A DNA stretch of 64,000 bases from Alphaproteobacteria bacterium (GCA_030053915.1 JASGCT010000003.1:8779-72778); one strand, 5' to 3'. Numbered from the stretch's first letter, positions 8,516 through 19,308 are shown. The notes: generated by a model from the letters alone, not told the origin. Numbers and translations are program-made.

Positions 8516-10429
8516 ATGAAAAAAGGAATTTTTGTATTTATTGCAATTTTAGGCTTTTGGGGCTTGGGTATTGCACAATCAACAGACAGCTTAGTACAGT
8601 TTCGTGTTAAAGTAAATAGTCTAAAAAATAATAATATCGCATTAGAAATCTCAGCGCAACCCCAAAAGGGCTGGTATATTTATCAAAACAACGCAATTGA
8701 AGGGCTTCATGACATCAGTTTAAATATTGATACACAACAGTTTCAGTTTAAAGAACCCTATAAACTTATTTTAAATACCAATAAACTAGAAAAAATTAAA
8801 GACCCTATTTTTGAAACAAATGCTCAAGTTATTCAAGGAGGTTTTGTATTACAACAAACTTTAATAAATGCACAACAAGCAGCTTTAATAAATGGGACAA
8901 TTGATTTTTTTATCTCCAATGGAAAAGAGTTTTATCCAATTTCAAATGCTTTTTCTATAGCCTTACAATCAGGAAAAAATCAAGCAGCCGATCTGTTTTT
9001 AAAAAATATAACGCCTAAAGTAGAATGCGGTGGTTCTCAAGTTGTTAGCAGTAAGGAAACCTCATTGTTAAACATTTTTATCTTAGGATTTTTAGGTGGT
9101 TTAATAGCTTTATTAACGCCATGTGTGTTTCCCATGTTACCGATTACTGTGTCATTTTTTACAAACAAATCTTCTAACCGTCGTCAAGCAATTCGAAATG
9201 GGCTATTATATGGTTTGTGTATTTTTGGATTTTATGTTGCCGCTTCAATCCCCTTTCACCTTTTAGGTGATGTAAACCCAGAACTTTTTAATAATATTGC
9301 AACGAATGCTTGGTTAAATTTAATCTTTTTTATAATTTTTTTATTTTTTGCAATTTCTTTTTTTGGATATTTTGAAATTACATTACCTTCTGGATTAGCA
9401 TCTAAGGTTGATTCAAAGAAAGGTCTGGGAAGTATCTCAGGCATATTTTTTATGGCACTTACTTTAGTGATTGTTTCGTTTTCGTGTACTGGTCCTATTT
9501 TGGGAACCTTATTAGTAGGGTCTTTAACAGCTGGACCTTGGCCTTTAACTGCTGGTTTAGCCGGATTTGGCGTTGCTTTAGCCCTGCCTTTTAGTATTTT
9601 TTCTATTTTTCCTAATTATTTAAAATCTTTGCCAAAATCTGGTTCTTGGTTAGACTCTGTAAAAAAAATATTAGCATTTATCGAACTCGCCTTAGCCTTA
9701 AAATTCTTTTCAAATGCCGATTTAGTAAAACAATGGGGACTGCTTAAGAGAGAAACTTTTATTGTTATTTGGGTTATCATTTTAATTGCCTTGTTATTAT
9801 ATTTAATTGGAAAACTAAAATTACCACACGATTACCCACAACCGATGCCTTTATGGAAAAAAATTGTCTTTGCTTTTACATTAGTTTTTACTATCTATAT
9901 TTTAGGAGGTCTATTTAAATTGAATCAACTTAGCTTACTTAGCGGTTTTCCGCCACCAACCAATTACAGTTGGAATAAACAGCATAGCGAAATTAAAGGC
10001 ATTCATATTGTTAATAATTATGATGAAGCTATAAAACAAGCCCAAATTACCCATAAAATAGTTTTGGTAGATTTTACAGGTTGGGCATGTGTAAATTGTA
10101 GAAAAATGGAAGAAAATGTTTGGACAAATCCAGACGTAGCTCAATTTATGAAAGATAATTGTATTGTAGCTTCGTTATATGTTGATGATCGCACGAACTT
10201 AGACCCCAGTCAACAATTTATTTTTAATATGCCCAATTTGCCAACAACCAATGTTATAACGCAGGGCGACAAATGGACTTTATTTGAATCGCTTAATTTT
10301 AAACAAGTTAGCCAACCTTTGTATGTACTTATCAACGAAAACCAACAAGTACTTAACAATCCCATTTCATATACACCCAACCCTCAAGAGTATCTCAAAT
10401 GGTTACAATGTGGGTTTCAAGCAAAATAA
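8516..10429 (+). CDS. dsbD: thiol:disulfide interchange protein DsbD (Cys-less alpha-like domain + TM core + thioredoxin domain)
   Basis: 637 aa. TM-core cysteines occur in LTPCVFPMLP and SFSCTGPILG. The C-terminal thioredoxin motif is WACVNCRKME. Confidence 0.85.
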   Translation: MKKGIFVFIAILGFWGLGIAQSTDSLVQFRVKVNSLKNNNIALEISAQPQKGWYIYQNNAIEGLHDISLNIDTQQFQFKEPYKLILNTNKLEKIKDPIFETNAQVIQGGFVLQQTLINAQQAALINGTIDFFISNGKEFYPISNAFSIALQSGKNQAADLFLKNITPKVECGGSQVVSSKETSLLNIFILGFLGGLIALLTPCVFPMLPITVSFFTNKSSNRRQAIRNGLLYGLCIFGFYVAASIPFHLLGDVNPELFNNIATNAWLNLIFFIIFLFFAISFFGYFEITLPSGLASKVDSKKGLGSISGIFFMALTLVIVSFSCTGPILGTLLVGSLTAGPWPLTAGLAGFGVALALPFSIFSIFPNYLKSLPKSGSWLDSVKKILAFIELALALKFFSNADLVKQWGLLKRETFIVIWVIILIALLLYLIGKLKLPHDYPQPMPLWKKIVFAFTLVFTIYILGGLFKLNQLSLLSGFPPPTNYSWNKQHSEIKGIHIVNNYDEAIKQAQITHKIVLVDFTGWACVNCRKMEENVWTNPDVAQFMKDNCIVASLYVDDRTNLDPSQQFIFNMPNLPTTNVITQGDKWTLFESLNFKQVSQPLYVLINENQQVLNNPISYTPNPQEYLKWLQCGFQAK

Positions 10430-10438
10430 TTTTAAGGT

Positions 10439-11323
10439 GTGAATATCCAAGAAATCAATAAAGATATTGGCGAAAATAATTTTAGACTATTATCTCGAGC
10501 CATAAGTTATATTGAGAATAAAGGCACTGATTATTTTTCATTTTTACAAAAATTACCGATCAAAGCTACTCCAATTATTGGTTTAACGGGACCGCCCGGG
10601 GTTGGTAAAAGCACCTTGTTAAATAGCGTAGCTTCTTATTTTGCACAACAACATAAAAAGTTAGCTGTTTTATGTATCGACCCCTCATCGCCAGTGAATT
10701 TTGGTACCATTTTAGGAGACCGATACCGATTAACGCAAGCTATCCAATATCCTAATGTGTATATCAGATCTTTTTCTAATAGAGGAAAATTAGGCGGATT
10801 AAATGCAGCAATTTGGGAAATATGCTGGCTTTTATTGGCTTGTGATTTTGATTATATAATCATTGAAACCGTTGGGGTAGGGCAGAACGAAATTGATATT
10901 TGCACTATCGCCAAACCTACCGTTGTTGTGTTAAGCCCAGATTCCGGAGACGAATTACAATTCATGAAAGCCGGCTTAATGGAAATTGCAGATATTTTTG
11001 TTATTAATAAATTCGACCATCCCAATGCACAAAAATATTGGGGATTATTAACCCATTATCTTCACGAACAAGGTCTTGTCATACCAATTGTAAAAACCAT
11101 AGCTAACCAACCTTTAGATGTAGCACAGCTCATAGAATATATCCATAAATATTCTAAAGATACGAATGCTGTTTTACTCAATTTCTTAACTGAAATTGTT
11201 TACAAAGTAATTGAACAAACTAAAATGAAATGTATTCAAAAAACACAGATACTAAATAATTTAAAAGAAGCCATGAACAAATCTAAGTTTAATTTAATAT
11301 CAATTATAAACAGCTATCTTTGA
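10439..11323 (+). CDS. meaB: MeaB/ArgK-type G3E GTPase (methylmalonyl-CoA mutase-associated family)
   Basis: GTG start. P-loop GPPGVGKST, then DPSSP…GDRYR, ETVGVGQNE and the NKFD box. Confidence 0.75.
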   Translation: MNIQEINKDIGENNFRLLSRAISYIENKGTDYFSFLQKLPIKATPIIGLTGPPGVGKSTLLNSVASYFAQQHKKLAVLCIDPSSPVNFGTILGDRYRLTQAIQYPNVYIRSFSNRGKLGGLNAAIWEICWLLLACDFDYIIIETVGVGQNEIDICTIAKPTVVVLSPDSGDELQFMKAGLMEIADIFVINKFDHPNAQKYWGLLTHYLHEQGLVIPIVKTIANQPLDVAQLIEYIHKYSKDTNAVLLNFLTEIVYKVIEQTKMKCIQKTQILNNLKEAMNKSKFNLISIINSYL

Positions 11324-11474
11324 TATTACTTTATTTCGTTAGAATGCCACATTAAATTTATCCATTTATTATTTTCAAATTTTTTGACCTGCGAGATAAT
11401 AGATTATTTCATGGGCATTATAAAAAAAAATATTTAATTTTGTAAGAATTGCTTAAAAATAAAAAAAAATATCT

Positions 11475-11482
11475 TAATTTTG
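11475..11482 (+). promoter_or_regulatory. -7 box TAATTTTG for pfkA-pyk
   Basis: Matches TAnnTTTG, 17 nt upstream of ATG 11500. Confidence 0.5.
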
Positions 11483-11499
11483 CTTTATTATTTGAAATT

Positions 11500-12486
11500 A
11501 TGAAAACAAAGTTAATAAAAACAATTGGCGTATTAACATCTGGTGGCGATGCACCAGGGATGAATGCCGCAATAAGAGCAGTAGTTAGAACGGGATTAAG
11601 CTTTGGTTTAGAAGTTTATGGCGTTTACAGAGGTTATAATGGCTTAATAGAAAACGATATGATTAAAATGGAATCGAAATCTGTTGGAAATATTATACAA
11701 CGCGGCGGCACCATCCTTAAAACGGCTCGCAGCAAAGAATTTATGACCAAAGAAGGACGCCAAAGTGCTTATGAAAATTTAAAAGCCAGAGGTATTGAAG
11801 GATTAGTAATCATTGGTGGTGATGGGAGTTTTAAAGGTGCTAATATTTTTAGCTCTGAATTTAACATCCCCTGCATTGGTATTCCTGGTACCATTGATAA
11901 AGACATGGCTGGAACAGATTTTACCATTGGTTTTGATACGGCAATCAATACCGCAGTTTCAGCAATTGATAAAATTAGAGATACGGCTGATGCTCATAAT
12001 CGTTTATTTATAGTAGAAGTTATGGGTAGAGATGCTGGATATATTGCCTTATATAGTGGTATTGCTACGGGTGCCGAAAATATTTTAATTCCAGAAAATA
12101 AAACAAATATAAGTCGTCTCATACAAGATTTAAGTAACAAAGAAAAACGGCAAAAAGCTGTAAACTTAATCGTGGTAGCAGAAGGCGATGAATATGGTGG
12201 GGCAAATAATGTAGCTGAAACTCTCAGAGCCTCCATGCTTACAACCGAAATAAAAGTGTGTATTTTAGGGCACATCCAACGTGGTGGTTCGCCAAGTTGT
12301 TTAGACCGTATTATAGCAAGTAGAATGGGTTTTCATGCAGTTGAGTGCTTAATATTTGGATTCAGCAACTTAATGGTTGGCATTGTAAATAACGAAATGT
12401 GTTTTACGCCTTTCGAAAAAGCAGTGAAAGAAACCCAAACAATTAGCCGTGATTGGTTTAAATTAATTAAACGTTTAACGCGTTAA
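11500..12486 (+). CDS. pfkA: ATP-dependent 6-phosphofructokinase
   Basis: MKTKLIKTIGVLTSGGDAPGMNAAIR…, GGDGS and PGTIDKD motifs. Start moved from the track's TTG 11449 to ATG 11500 because a -7 box (11475-11482) lies inside the extension. Confidence 0.9.
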   Translation: MKTKLIKTIGVLTSGGDAPGMNAAIRAVVRTGLSFGLEVYGVYRGYNGLIENDMIKMESKSVGNIIQRGGTILKTARSKEFMTKEGRQSAYENLKARGIEGLVIIGGDGSFKGANIFSSEFNIPCIGIPGTIDKDMAGTDFTIGFDTAINTAVSAIDKIRDTADAHNRLFIVEVMGRDAGYIALYSGIATGAENILIPENKTNISRLIQDLSNKEKRQKAVNLIVVAEGDEYGGANNVAETLRASMLTTEIKVCILGHIQRGGSPSCLDRIIASRMGFHAVECLIFGFSNLMVGIVNNEMCFTPFEKAVKETQTISRDWFKLIKRLTR

Positions 12487-12511
12487 AAATAAATAAAATA
12501 AAAATAAAAAT

Positions 12512-14005
12512 ATGGCAACATCAAATTCAATAGAAAAATACTTCTATCAAAATATGAATAAATCCCAAGGGATTGATCATATTTCACATCGTACTAAAAT
12601 TGTGGCAACTGTAGGTCCATCTTGCGATAGTTACGAGATGCTTCTTATGTTAGCCCAAGCCGGTGTTAACGTATTTAGGCTAAATTTTTCGCACGGCGAC
12701 CACGCAAGTAAAAAACAAATAATTAGTTACATTAAAACTATTAATAAAACCCAACCGTTTAACATAGCTATTTTAGCAGATTTACAAGGTCCTAAACTTA
12801 GGGTAGGCGATATTGAAAATAATGCTTTAGAAGTAAAAGTAAATCAACATTTAACTTTTACAAATACCTTATGTGTAGGTACAAAAGAAAAAATTTATGT
12901 GTCTTATCCAAATTTAGCTAAAGACGTGAATCCGGGTGAAATTATCTTAATCGACGATGGTAAAATTGAAGTTGAAATTCACGAAATCTTGAAAAATGGA
13001 GACGTAAAAGTTAAGGTGTTAACAGATGGCATCATTTCTTCTAAAAAAGGATTTAATTTACCTGAAACTCAAACCAGCTTGCCTGCATTAACCGAAAAAG
13101 ACCTTGAAGATTTAGAGTTTATTATGAATAATGACTGCGATTGGGTGGCATTAAGTTTTGTAAGACGTGTTGATGACATTAGAAAATTAAGAGAAATCCT
13201 TAATAAAAACCAATCCAAATTAAAAATTATTGCTAAAATAGAAAAACCCGAAGCCGTTAAAAATATTAGAAGTATCATCTTAGCAAGCGATGGCATTATG
13301 ATTGCTCGTGGCGACTTAGGTGTTGAAATGCCCATCGAAGAGATCCCATTGATTCAAAAAGATATTATTCGTAAATGCATTCATCGTGCCAAACCTGTTA
13401 TTGTAGCTACCCAAATGATGGAAAGTATGATTGACCGAATTAAACCCAATCGCAGCGAAGTTACTGATGTTGCTAATGCTGTTATAGAAGGCACGGATGC
13501 TGTTATGCTAAGCGGCGAAACGGCCACTGGTAATCATCCTGTAAAAGTAATTGAAATGATGGTTAAAATCATTAAGCAAATTGAAGAAAATAGTTACAAC
13601 TATAATCGCTCAGATTTAGCGCCTCAATTGCATTCGCCCACCTTACTAAGTGATGCCGTTTGTTACAATACCTGCCGCATGGCTAACGAAATTAACGCCA
13701 ATGCCATTATAGGAACGACACTTTCTGGTTATACTGCTTTTATGCTTGCTAGTTACCGTCCAAAATTACCAATTTTTGTTTTTACTAAAGAACGCAGCAT
13801 TGTTAACCAACTTAGTTTATCGTTTGGCGTTCGAGCCTTTTGTTATCCTGAAGAAAATACAATCGATGATATTATCTTTAATCAAATTACAATCTTAAAA
13901 GAACGCGGCTTTTTAAATATAAACGATATTGTAATTAGTACTGGTAGCACCCCCGTTAGCTTGCATCTTTCTACCAATTTAATTAAAATTACTAAAGTTG
14001 AGTAA
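12512..14005 (+). CDS. pyk: pyruvate kinase
   Basis: 497 aa with TKIVATVGP, NFSHG, IIAKIE, MIARGDLGVE and MLSGETA motifs. It directly follows pfkA. Confidence 0.9.
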   Translation: MATSNSIEKYFYQNMNKSQGIDHISHRTKIVATVGPSCDSYEMLLMLAQAGVNVFRLNFSHGDHASKKQIISYIKTINKTQPFNIAILADLQGPKLRVGDIENNALEVKVNQHLTFTNTLCVGTKEKIYVSYPNLAKDVNPGEIILIDDGKIEVEIHEILKNGDVKVKVLTDGIISSKKGFNLPETQTSLPALTEKDLEDLEFIMNNDCDWVALSFVRRVDDIRKLREILNKNQSKLKIIAKIEKPEAVKNIRSIILASDGIMIARGDLGVEMPIEEIPLIQKDIIRKCIHRAKPVIVATQMMESMIDRIKPNRSEVTDVANAVIEGTDAVMLSGETATGNHPVKVIEMMVKIIKQIEENSYNYNRSDLAPQLHSPTLLSDAVCYNTCRMANEINANAIIGTTLSGYTAFMLASYRPKLPIFVFTKERSIVNQLSLSFGVRAFCYPEENTIDDIIFNQITILKERGFLNINDIVISTGSTPVSLHLSTNLIKITKVE

Positions 14006-14017
14006 TTTAACAATATT

Positions 14018-15064
14018 ATGAATAAAAAATTTAATGTTTGCTTATTATCTTTTGGGATGAGTGGTAAAGTGTTCCATGCTCCACTTATTAAAGATAATCC
14101 TCAATTAAATTTATATGGTTGTTTAGAACTTTCTGAAAAAAAAGTACACCTCAGTTACCCCAATTGTATATCATTTGATAATTATGAAGATATTCTAAAC
14201 GATGCGCTTATTGATATTATTGTAGTTAATACACCAACCTATACTCATTTTGATTATACTCTAAAAGCCTTAAAAGCACATAAAAATATCGTTGTTGAAA
14301 AATGTTTTACAAGTAACCTTGAAGAGGCTTTGTTGTTACAAGACGCTGCCAAAAATTCTAGGTCTGTTGTGAGTATATATCATAATAAACGTTGGGATAG
14401 AGATTTTGTAACAGTAGCCAAAGCCATTCAAGAGAATTTATTAGGAGATATTGTGCAGGCTGTATTTAGATTTGAACGCTATAAACCAGGTATGAATGTT
14501 AAAAAACATAAAGAAGACACTAATGCAGGTTCTGGGATTTTAAAAGATTTAGGTTCCCATATTATTGATATGTCGATTTGTTTATTTGGTATGCCAATTT
14601 CAGTATTTGCCAATATTTATAAAAATAGAACGGGTAGTCTCGTGGATGATACTGTTTTACTCTCATGTCAATATCCTAAATTTAGTGTTCAAATTTATTT
14701 AAGTTTGTTAGCCATGGAACCTCAAGCTGGATTCTATATACAGGGTAAAAAAGCCTTATTAAAAATGAATCGTGCCGATAAACAAGAGGTTTTGCTTAGT
14801 CAGGGTATATTGCCATCTCAACCCGAATGGGATAATACCATAAAACCAGCCGAAATATATTATATGAATTCAGACAATTCTTTAGATAACTATTTATATG
14901 AAACGCCTCTACAAATGCATTACGGGCATTTTTATGATGCTTTTATTTTGGCACTTGAAACAAATCAAAAACCAGTAATAGGTATTGAAGACGGCATCAA
15001 GGTGATGCGCATTATAGACGCTGCTATAAAGAGTTCTTTGCAGGGTCAAGTTATCTTTTTATAA
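14018..15064 (+). CDS. Gfo/Idh/MocA family oxidoreductase
   Basis: 348 aa with an N-terminal Rossmann segment and an EK(C/P)-type motif (VVEKCF). Length is typical for the family. Confidence 0.65.
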   Translation: MNKKFNVCLLSFGMSGKVFHAPLIKDNPQLNLYGCLELSEKKVHLSYPNCISFDNYEDILNDALIDIIVVNTPTYTHFDYTLKALKAHKNIVVEKCFTSNLEEALLLQDAAKNSRSVVSIYHNKRWDRDFVTVAKAIQENLLGDIVQAVFRFERYKPGMNVKKHKEDTNAGSGILKDLGSHIIDMSICLFGMPISVFANIYKNRTGSLVDDTVLLSCQYPKFSVQIYLSLLAMEPQAGFYIQGKKALLKMNRADKQEVLLSQGILPSQPEWDNTIKPAEIYYMNSDNSLDNYLYETPLQMHYGHFYDAFILALETNQKPVIGIEDGIKVMRIIDAAIKSSLQGQVIFL

Positions 15065-15066
15065 CA

Positions 15067-16755
15067 ATGCATTTTTTAGATTATATTTTGTTTTTTGGCA
15101 TACTTGTTTGTATGTGTTTCTATGGTTTATATATTGGACGAAAAAATCAAAATATCAACCAAATTTTGGTAAGTAATTACGATGCCCCTTGGTTTATTGT
15201 GCTTTTTGGTGTGATGAGTACCCAAGCGAGTGCTATTACATATCTTAGTTTGCCAGGACAGGCATATCACCATGGTTTAAAATTTGTCCAATTTTATTTT
15301 GGACTTCCCATAGCTATGTTTTTTCTGATTTATCTTTTAGTACCCTTATATAAAAAATATCAACTGATTTCAATTTACAGTTATTTAGAAAACAGATTTA
15401 ATAAGCAAACCAGGTATTTTATAGCCAGTTTGTTTTTAATTTCAAGAAGTTTAAGTACAGGCATCAGCATATTTGCCCCTGCCTTAATATTAACGCATTT
15501 ATTTAATATTTCAATAATTATTACTTCAATTATTATCGGAGGTATTTTAATTATTTATACAGCTTATGGAGGTGCTAAATCGGTTTCTAAAACTCAACAA
15601 TGGCAATTTTTGGGTATTATTTTAGGTATGATTGGCATAGCTTTTTATCTTGTTAAACTGCTTCCTAATCCATTAGCCATCCACTTGTCGCATTTTCATT
15701 TACAAGATAAACTTCAAGTGTTTACTTCAGGTTTTAATAAAGGTAATTTTAATTGGAACGATAAATATAATTTATGGAGTGGCATGATTGGAGGATTTTT
15801 TTTACAACTTTCTTATTTTGGTACAGACCAATCGCAAGTAAGTAGGTATCTTATAGGTAAAAATATTAAAAATATTAAATTAGGATTATTGTTTAATGCT
15901 TTATTAAAAATACCCATGCAATTGGGTATATTATTTATAGGAATTTTAATTTATTTATTTTATACCAACAGTTCGGAACCCATTTTTTTTAATCAACCAT
16001 TAGTAGATAAAGCGCTTAAAACCACATATAGTAAAACCTTAGAAAGTTATCGTTTGCAATACGATGTATTGAATGCTATCGAAAAAAAAATATTAGCTCA
16101 AGATGGCTCAAATAATGCCATTGAAGTAAACAAGATTAAAGAGTCAAAATTAAAATTACAAGAACAGTTTAAAATAACATTAAAAAAAGCCATACCATCG
16201 GCAGACCTAAACGACACGAACTATATCTTTATATATTTTTTAAAAAATAATTTACCAACTGGCTTACTTGGCATGATGTTAGCACTCTTGTTTATGGCAT
16301 CATGGGGGTCCATTGCACCGGCTTTGCACGCACTTGCCAAAAGTACAATGATTGAGTTTAAGTCATTTTTTACATTTGATTTTGAAAATGAAAAAATATA
16401 TATTAAAAAATTTAGAACAATTATTGTGATATGGGGTATTTTTGCAATTTTAATTGCTATTTTATCATCACGATTAGGAAGTTTAATTGAAGTTGTAAAT
16501 GTACTTGGGTCTTTATTTTACGGCGTTATTTTAGGCGTATTTTTAGTCGGTTTCTTTTTGCCACAAATTAAAGGGTTTGCCACATTTTGGTCGGCGATAA
16601 TAACTGAGTTTTTTGTTATCATCTTTTTTTTATTAAACTATTTTGGAATTATTGGCATTGGATTTTTATGGCTCAATGCCATTGGTAGTTTAGGATTAAT
16701 TGTGTTAGCTATTGTTATTCAACAAATTTCTAAGTTTACAAAATATGCCAGATAA
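15067..16755 (+). CDS. sodium:solute symporter family transporter
   Basis: 562 aa, more than 12 TM segments, with an SSF-like layout and a hydrophilic insertion. Substrate unknown. Confidence 0.6.
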   Translation: MHFLDYILFFGILVCMCFYGLYIGRKNQNINQILVSNYDAPWFIVLFGVMSTQASAITYLSLPGQAYHHGLKFVQFYFGLPIAMFFLIYLLVPLYKKYQLISIYSYLENRFNKQTRYFIASLFLISRSLSTGISIFAPALILTHLFNISIIITSIIIGGILIIYTAYGGAKSVSKTQQWQFLGIILGMIGIAFYLVKLLPNPLAIHLSHFHLQDKLQVFTSGFNKGNFNWNDKYNLWSGMIGGFFLQLSYFGTDQSQVSRYLIGKNIKNIKLGLLFNALLKIPMQLGILFIGILIYLFYTNSSEPIFFNQPLVDKALKTTYSKTLESYRLQYDVLNAIEKKILAQDGSNNAIEVNKIKESKLKLQEQFKITLKKAIPSADLNDTNYIFIYFLKNNLPTGLLGMMLALLFMASWGSIAPALHALAKSTMIEFKSFFTFDFENEKIYIKKFRTIIVIWGIFAILIAILSSRLGSLIEVVNVLGSLFYGVILGVFLVGFFLPQIKGFATFWSAIITEFFVIIFFLLNYFGIIGIGFLWLNAIGSLGLIVLAIVIQQISKFTKYAR

Positions 16756-17701
16756 TTTAGCTGAAAAAATTAAACGTGAAGCATATTTAATAGGATTTCG
16801 GTTTTGTGGTATAGCCAAGGCGCGTGCGTTAACAGAAGACGCTAAAAGGCTAGAACGCTGGCTTCATAATGGTTATCACGGAGATATGACTTATATGGAA
16901 AATTATTTTGACTTAAGAATTGACCCTCAAAAATTAATGCCCGGCGCTAAATCGGTCATTAGTTTAGCACTTAACTATTTTCCAGAAAAAAAGCCAAACC
17001 AAAACGAACTTAAAATATCAAAGTATGCTTGGGGGCTTGATTATCATAAAGTAATTAAAAAAAAATTAAAACTTTTTTTAATAAAAATACAAGAAATTAT
17101 TGGTTTATTTGAAGCCCGATTGTTAGTAGATTCAGCACCTATTTTAGAAAAATCATGGGCAAAGGAGGCTGGATTAGGTTGGATTGGGAAGCATGGAAAT
17201 GTAATTACCAAACAACAAGGATCGTACTTTTTTTTAGCACAGCTTATCGTAGATGTGGTATTACCTTATGATGCCCCATATATCAAAGATTATTGTGGCA
17301 CCTGTACACGTTGTATTGACGCTTGCCCAACCCAAGCTATTTTGCCTAATAAAGTAATCAAAGCAAATCAATGTATCAGTTATTTTACGATTGAATTAAA
17401 ATCGAATTTTGAAAAAAAATTAGAAACAAATTTTGATAATTGGATGTTCGGATGCGATGTTTGTATGGATGTTTGTCCTTGGAATAAATTTAGTAACCCC
17501 CATCAAACATTAGAATTTGAACCTATTCCAGAATTATTACAAATGACCGCAAGAGATTGGCTAGATATTACAAACGAAGTGTTTGTTGAAAAATTTGGAA
17601 AAACAAGTTTAAAAAGAGCAGGATTAAAAAATTTACAACGAAATATTATACAAATTTACCCAACTATCACAAATAAAAATGAACATGAAGAGTTAATGTA
17701 A
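16745..17701 (+). CDS. queG: tRNA epoxyqueuosine(34) reductase
   Basis: Two 4Fe-4S motifs (CGTCTRCIDACP and CDVCMDVCPWNKF) with QueG-typical length and N-terminus. Start placed at ATG 16745 (MPDNLAEK…) rather than the track's 16712, giving an 11-bp overlap with the symporter gene. Confidence 0.85.
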   Translation: MPDNLAEKIKREAYLIGFRFCGIAKARALTEDAKRLERWLHNGYHGDMTYMENYFDLRIDPQKLMPGAKSVISLALNYFPEKKPNQNELKISKYAWGLDYHKVIKKKLKLFLIKIQEIIGLFEARLLVDSAPILEKSWAKEAGLGWIGKHGNVITKQQGSYFFLAQLIVDVVLPYDAPYIKDYCGTCTRCIDACPTQAILPNKVIKANQCISYFTIELKSNFEKKLETNFDNWMFGCDVCMDVCPWNKFSNPHQTLEFEPIPELLQMTARDWLDITNEVFVEKFGKTSLKRAGLKNLQRNIIQIYPTITNKNEHEELM

Positions 17702-17717
17702 AGCGAAGTAGTTCTAA

Positions 17718-18032
17718 TTATTCAAGTTCTTTGTCTTGGCATAAGTTCATCTCTTTTAAGATAATATCATCAAATTTAAGTTTTTCTGAATTCGAAGGAT
17801 ATTTTTTTAACATCTCTAAATAGAGATCTGCCGCTTCGGTTTCAACTCTTACAGCTTCTTGTAAAACAGAGACATCGCCGGATGCTGCTTTTTGCGACAA
17901 TGTTTTGGCTTGGCATTGAAGTTCAGCTACTTTTTTAGCATCCATTTCAATGTTATTATTACCATTATTACAACTTGTAATTAAAAATGCAATCATACAG
18001 ATAGCATTAAAAAAAAGGCTTGTTTTTTTCAT
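17718..18032 (-). CDS. small lipoprotein, function unknown
   Basis: 104 aa with a signal peptide and lipobox (…LITSC). It has its own -7 box upstream. Confidence 0.4.
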   Translation of the reverse strand: MKKTSLFFNAICMIAFLITSCNNGNNNIEMDAKKVAELQCQAKTLSQKAASGDVSVLQEAVRVETEAADLYLEMLKKYPSNSEKLKFDDIILKEMNLCQDKELE

Positions 18033-18051
18033 AGATTACGTTTATTTTAAG

Positions 18052-18059
18052 CAAAAGTA
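18052..18059 (-). promoter_or_regulatory. -7 box TACTTTTG for the small lipoprotein gene
   Basis: Matches TAnnTTTG on the minus strand, 19 nt upstream of start 18032. Confidence 0.45.
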
Positions 18060-18171
18060 CTATTATTTTTTGAAATTACCAATTTTGAAATTGGTTTTTT
18101 TCTAAATGTTAAGCAAGATTGGCAAAAAAATATTATAAGTAATATAAATGCATATCACAATACATTTTATT

Positions 18172-19305
18172 TTAAACATAGCTTTTAAGCCTTTGTGCGC
18201 TTTCAACTAAAGTATCATCGTTTTTAGCAAAACATATTCTTACAATTTTATGATCCGTTTTTTTTGAATAAAAATAAGATAAAGGAATTGTTGCTATTTT
18301 ATGATTCGTAATTAATTTTTGACTAAATTCAGTATCCGATAAATTTGAAATTTTTTCAAACCCATAACATTCAAAATAAGTACCATGAGCTGGATATAAG
18401 GTATAATTGGAATCCTTTAATAAAGTCCTTAATAAATCTCTTTTAACTTGAAGTGTTGCACTTAATTGCAAGTAGTTATTGGGTTCTTTTAAATAATGAG
18501 CTAAAGCGATTTGTTTGGGATGGTCAACACAAAATACAATATTATGATGTAGTTTTTTAAGATCTTTGATGATGCTTTCAGACGAAATACAATACCCAAT
18601 TTTCCAACCCGTACACGAAAACGATTTTCCAAATGAAAAACAAACAATGCTATGAGACATAAGAGCTGGATAATCTAAAATTGAACGGTGTTTAAAACCA
18701 TCAAAACAAATATGTTCATACACTTCGTCACTAATAATTTTGATGTTGTGATGATTTACGATTTCTATAAGTTGTTCAAAATCAGACTCTTTTAATAATT
18801 TTCCACTTGGATTATGGGGTGTATTTATTATGATAGCTTTTGTTTTAGATGTTATTTTGGCTTTTACTTCATCCCAAGGAACATCAAAATTTGGAAAATT
18901 TAATTCAATTGGAATAGGGATGCCTTCAGGTAATTGTATTAAGGGTTTATAAATATCAAAAGCCGGTTCTAAAATAATTACTTCATCACCTTTATTAATT
19001 AAAGACATCAGACTAATAAACAACGCATAAGAACCACCCGGTGTAATTAAAATTTGATGATCTGGATTAAGAGTTTGTTGATGTAAAAATTGGATTTTTT
19101 CGGCAATGGCTATTCTTAATGACGAAGCACCCGATGCAGGTGCATATTGATTATGCCCTTCTATCATGGCTTTATTAACCTCTTCAATTAACCCTAATGG
19201 CATTGGAAATTCTGGGAAACCCTGTCCTAAATTTATGGCATTGTGTTGTAAGGCAAGTTGAGATGTCGTTGTAAAAATACTCGTTTCAAAATTTGGAATT
19301 TGCAT
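18172..19305 (-). CDS. class I PLP aminotransferase (methionine aminotransferase/YbdL-like)
   Basis: 377 aa. The N-terminus …INLGQGFPEF and the PLP-lysine region SFGKSFSCTGWKIGY are present. The gap to the upstream gene is 3 bp. Confidence 0.75.
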   Translation of the reverse strand: MQIPNFETSIFTTTSQLALQHNAINLGQGFPEFPMPLGLIEEVNKAMIEGHNQYAPASGASSLRIAIAEKIQFLHQQTLNPDHQILITPGGSYALFISLMSLINKGDEVIILEPAFDIYKPLIQLPEGIPIPIELNFPNFDVPWDEVKAKITSKTKAIIINTPHNPSGKLLKESDFEQLIEIVNHHNIKIISDEVYEHICFDGFKHRSILDYPALMSHSIVCFSFGKSFSCTGWKIGYCISSESIIKDLKKLHHNIVFCVDHPKQIALAHYLKEPNNYLQLSATLQVKRDLLRTLLKDSNYTLYPAHGTYFECYGFEKISNLSDTEFSQKLITNHKIATIPLSYFYSKKTDHKIVRICFAKNDDTLVESAQRLKSYV

Positions 19306-19308
19306 AAT

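Noticed and set aside
18078-18101. Hairpin ACCAATT-TTGA-AATTGGT followed by T6-7, which looks like a terminator on the + strand.
   Set aside because: No + strand gene ends upstream of it, because the minus-strand lipoprotein gene intervenes. On the minus strand, where the aminotransferase operon ends, the hairpin is not followed by a U-run. The stem is short and AT-rich, so it is not called.
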